DNA of 37,047 nucleotides. It comes from Nitrospiria bacterium. Its GTDB lineage: Bacteria > Nitrospirota > Nitrospiria > 2-01-FULL-66-17. The stretch spans positions 1 through 37,047 of the forward strand of contig JBDSOK010000220.1 of NCBI GenBank assembly GCA_039914845.1, written 5' to 3'. A program made the translations under genes and the position numbers. The notes below the pieces were generated by a model. That model was not told the DNA's origin. It did no database searches and saw only the letters and a program-made list of their open reading frames with translations. Numbering within the stretch: position 1 is the first letter of the stretch; the number at the start of each line of letters is the position of its first letter. This document shows, piece by piece, positions 36,619-37,047 of this stretch.

Positions 36619-36694
36619 ACCGTCGTGACCCTTAGCATATATATAATCGATGAGCACGCATGTCTTTCGCTATGGAGCATAGCAAAGCTAATGC

Positions 36695-36722
36695 TTGTTG
36701 TCAAGCAAGAAATTGCTATATA
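36695..36722 (+). promoter_or_regulatory. Putative promoter (TTGTTG - 16 nt - TATATA) directed toward the partial lipoprotein gene
   Basis: Read directly in the AT-rich divergent intergenic region. It overlaps the inverted repeat TGCTTG-ttgt-CAAGCA (36692-36707). Confidence 0.3.
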
Positions 36723-36817
36723 CTACGAAACAGTCTTGCTATCAGTCGTTTTGATGGAATAGCTGTACTCCGGTGCTATTTGGGAATAATCCCGGTCAAA
36801 AGAGGATTCTCAGATTG

Positions 36818-37047
36818 ATGGGCCGCACGCATCAACCGTTATGGGAATGGGGTGTTGGGGGTCTGATTTTTTTGGCGCTCTCCTCCTGCCAGCCCTTGGG
36901 TCGGACGGGTCTGCCCGATCCCCCTGGGGTCGAATGGATTCCGGCGGTGACGCACCAATCCCGGATCACGCTTTCGGGAACCAAACCGCCGGGTTCGTTG
37001 CTACTCGTCGATGACGTGGAACAGGTGTCCCGCGATACGTCGGGCAC
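36818..37047 (+). CDS. Partial (5' end only) putative lipoprotein
   Basis: The ATG at 36818 follows AGAGGA. The signal peptide plus lipobox reads WGVGGLIFLALSSC. The ORF runs off the window, so it is not in the supplied track. It competes with the minus-strand ORF 36832-37047. Confidence 0.45.
   Translation, partial: MGRTHQPLWEWGVGGLIFLALSSCQPLGRTGLPDPPGVEWIPAVTHQSRITLSGTKPPGSLLLVDDVEQVSRDTSG

Noticed and set aside
36832-37047. A 71-aa minus-strand ORF at the window end (track entry).
   Set aside because: It has no recognisable features and starts on a GTG exactly at the window edge. The plus-strand frame from 36818 has an SD, a signal peptide and a lipobox, so I prefer it, though neither can be proven from 230 nt.

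Overview
High-GC bacterial chromosomal segment, roughly mid-60s % GC by eye. The organism is diderm (lpxC, lspA and a PEP-CTERM protein are present), but the taxon cannot be assigned from sequence alone. I count about 37 protein genes and one tRNA-Pro(GGG). I found no rRNA, CRISPR array, transposase or integrase. Genes are tightly packed, with many 4-nt ATGA/GTGA start/stop overlaps. Most long ORFs on the opposite strand or in alternative frames are high-GC shadow ORFs.

Gene content, left to right:
- 386-4756 (+): MFS transporter, YHS-domain membrane protein, transaldolase/FSA, MOFRL glycerate kinase, NlpC/P60 lipoprotein.
- 4734-7507 (-): pdxJ followed by a class II aldolase/SDR fusion.
- 7736-15731 (+): alaC-like aminotransferase, then the aspartate-family block hom, thrC, iPGM-like proposed homoserine kinase, lysC, cimA.
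- 15845-20557 (+): ihfA, merR-like regulator, tRNA-Pro, then surE, pcm, cysS, rlmB.
- 20601-24156: a 22-aa ORF, a B12-binding radical SAM enzyme, then a lower-GC islet with a HAF-repeat PEP-CTERM protein and a TlpA-like redoxin.
- 24170-28301 (+): spermidine-synthase-like methyltransferase, queE, pepA, nagZ.
- 28387-34866 (-): orphan XRE regulator and the amgK-like, murU-like, ileS, lspA, rluD operon.
- 35072-37047: lpxC, a lower-GC HARE-HTH coiled-coil gene, and a partial lipoprotein.

Most interesting observations:
1. A family of ~118-bp imperfect-palindromic (ERIC/MITE-like) intergenic repeats. It has three copies plus one fragment, and paired compensatory substitutions between copies. An open frame runs through two copies and abuts the flanking genes.
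2. A 22-aa ORF with the best Shine-Dalgarno in the window, translationally coupled (TGATG) to the orphan B12-radical SAM enzyme. This is a RiPP-like or uORF architecture.
3. The iPGM-like gene embedded in the threonine operon, a likely non-orthologous homoserine kinase.
4. Two small lower-GC islets that carry no mobility genes.
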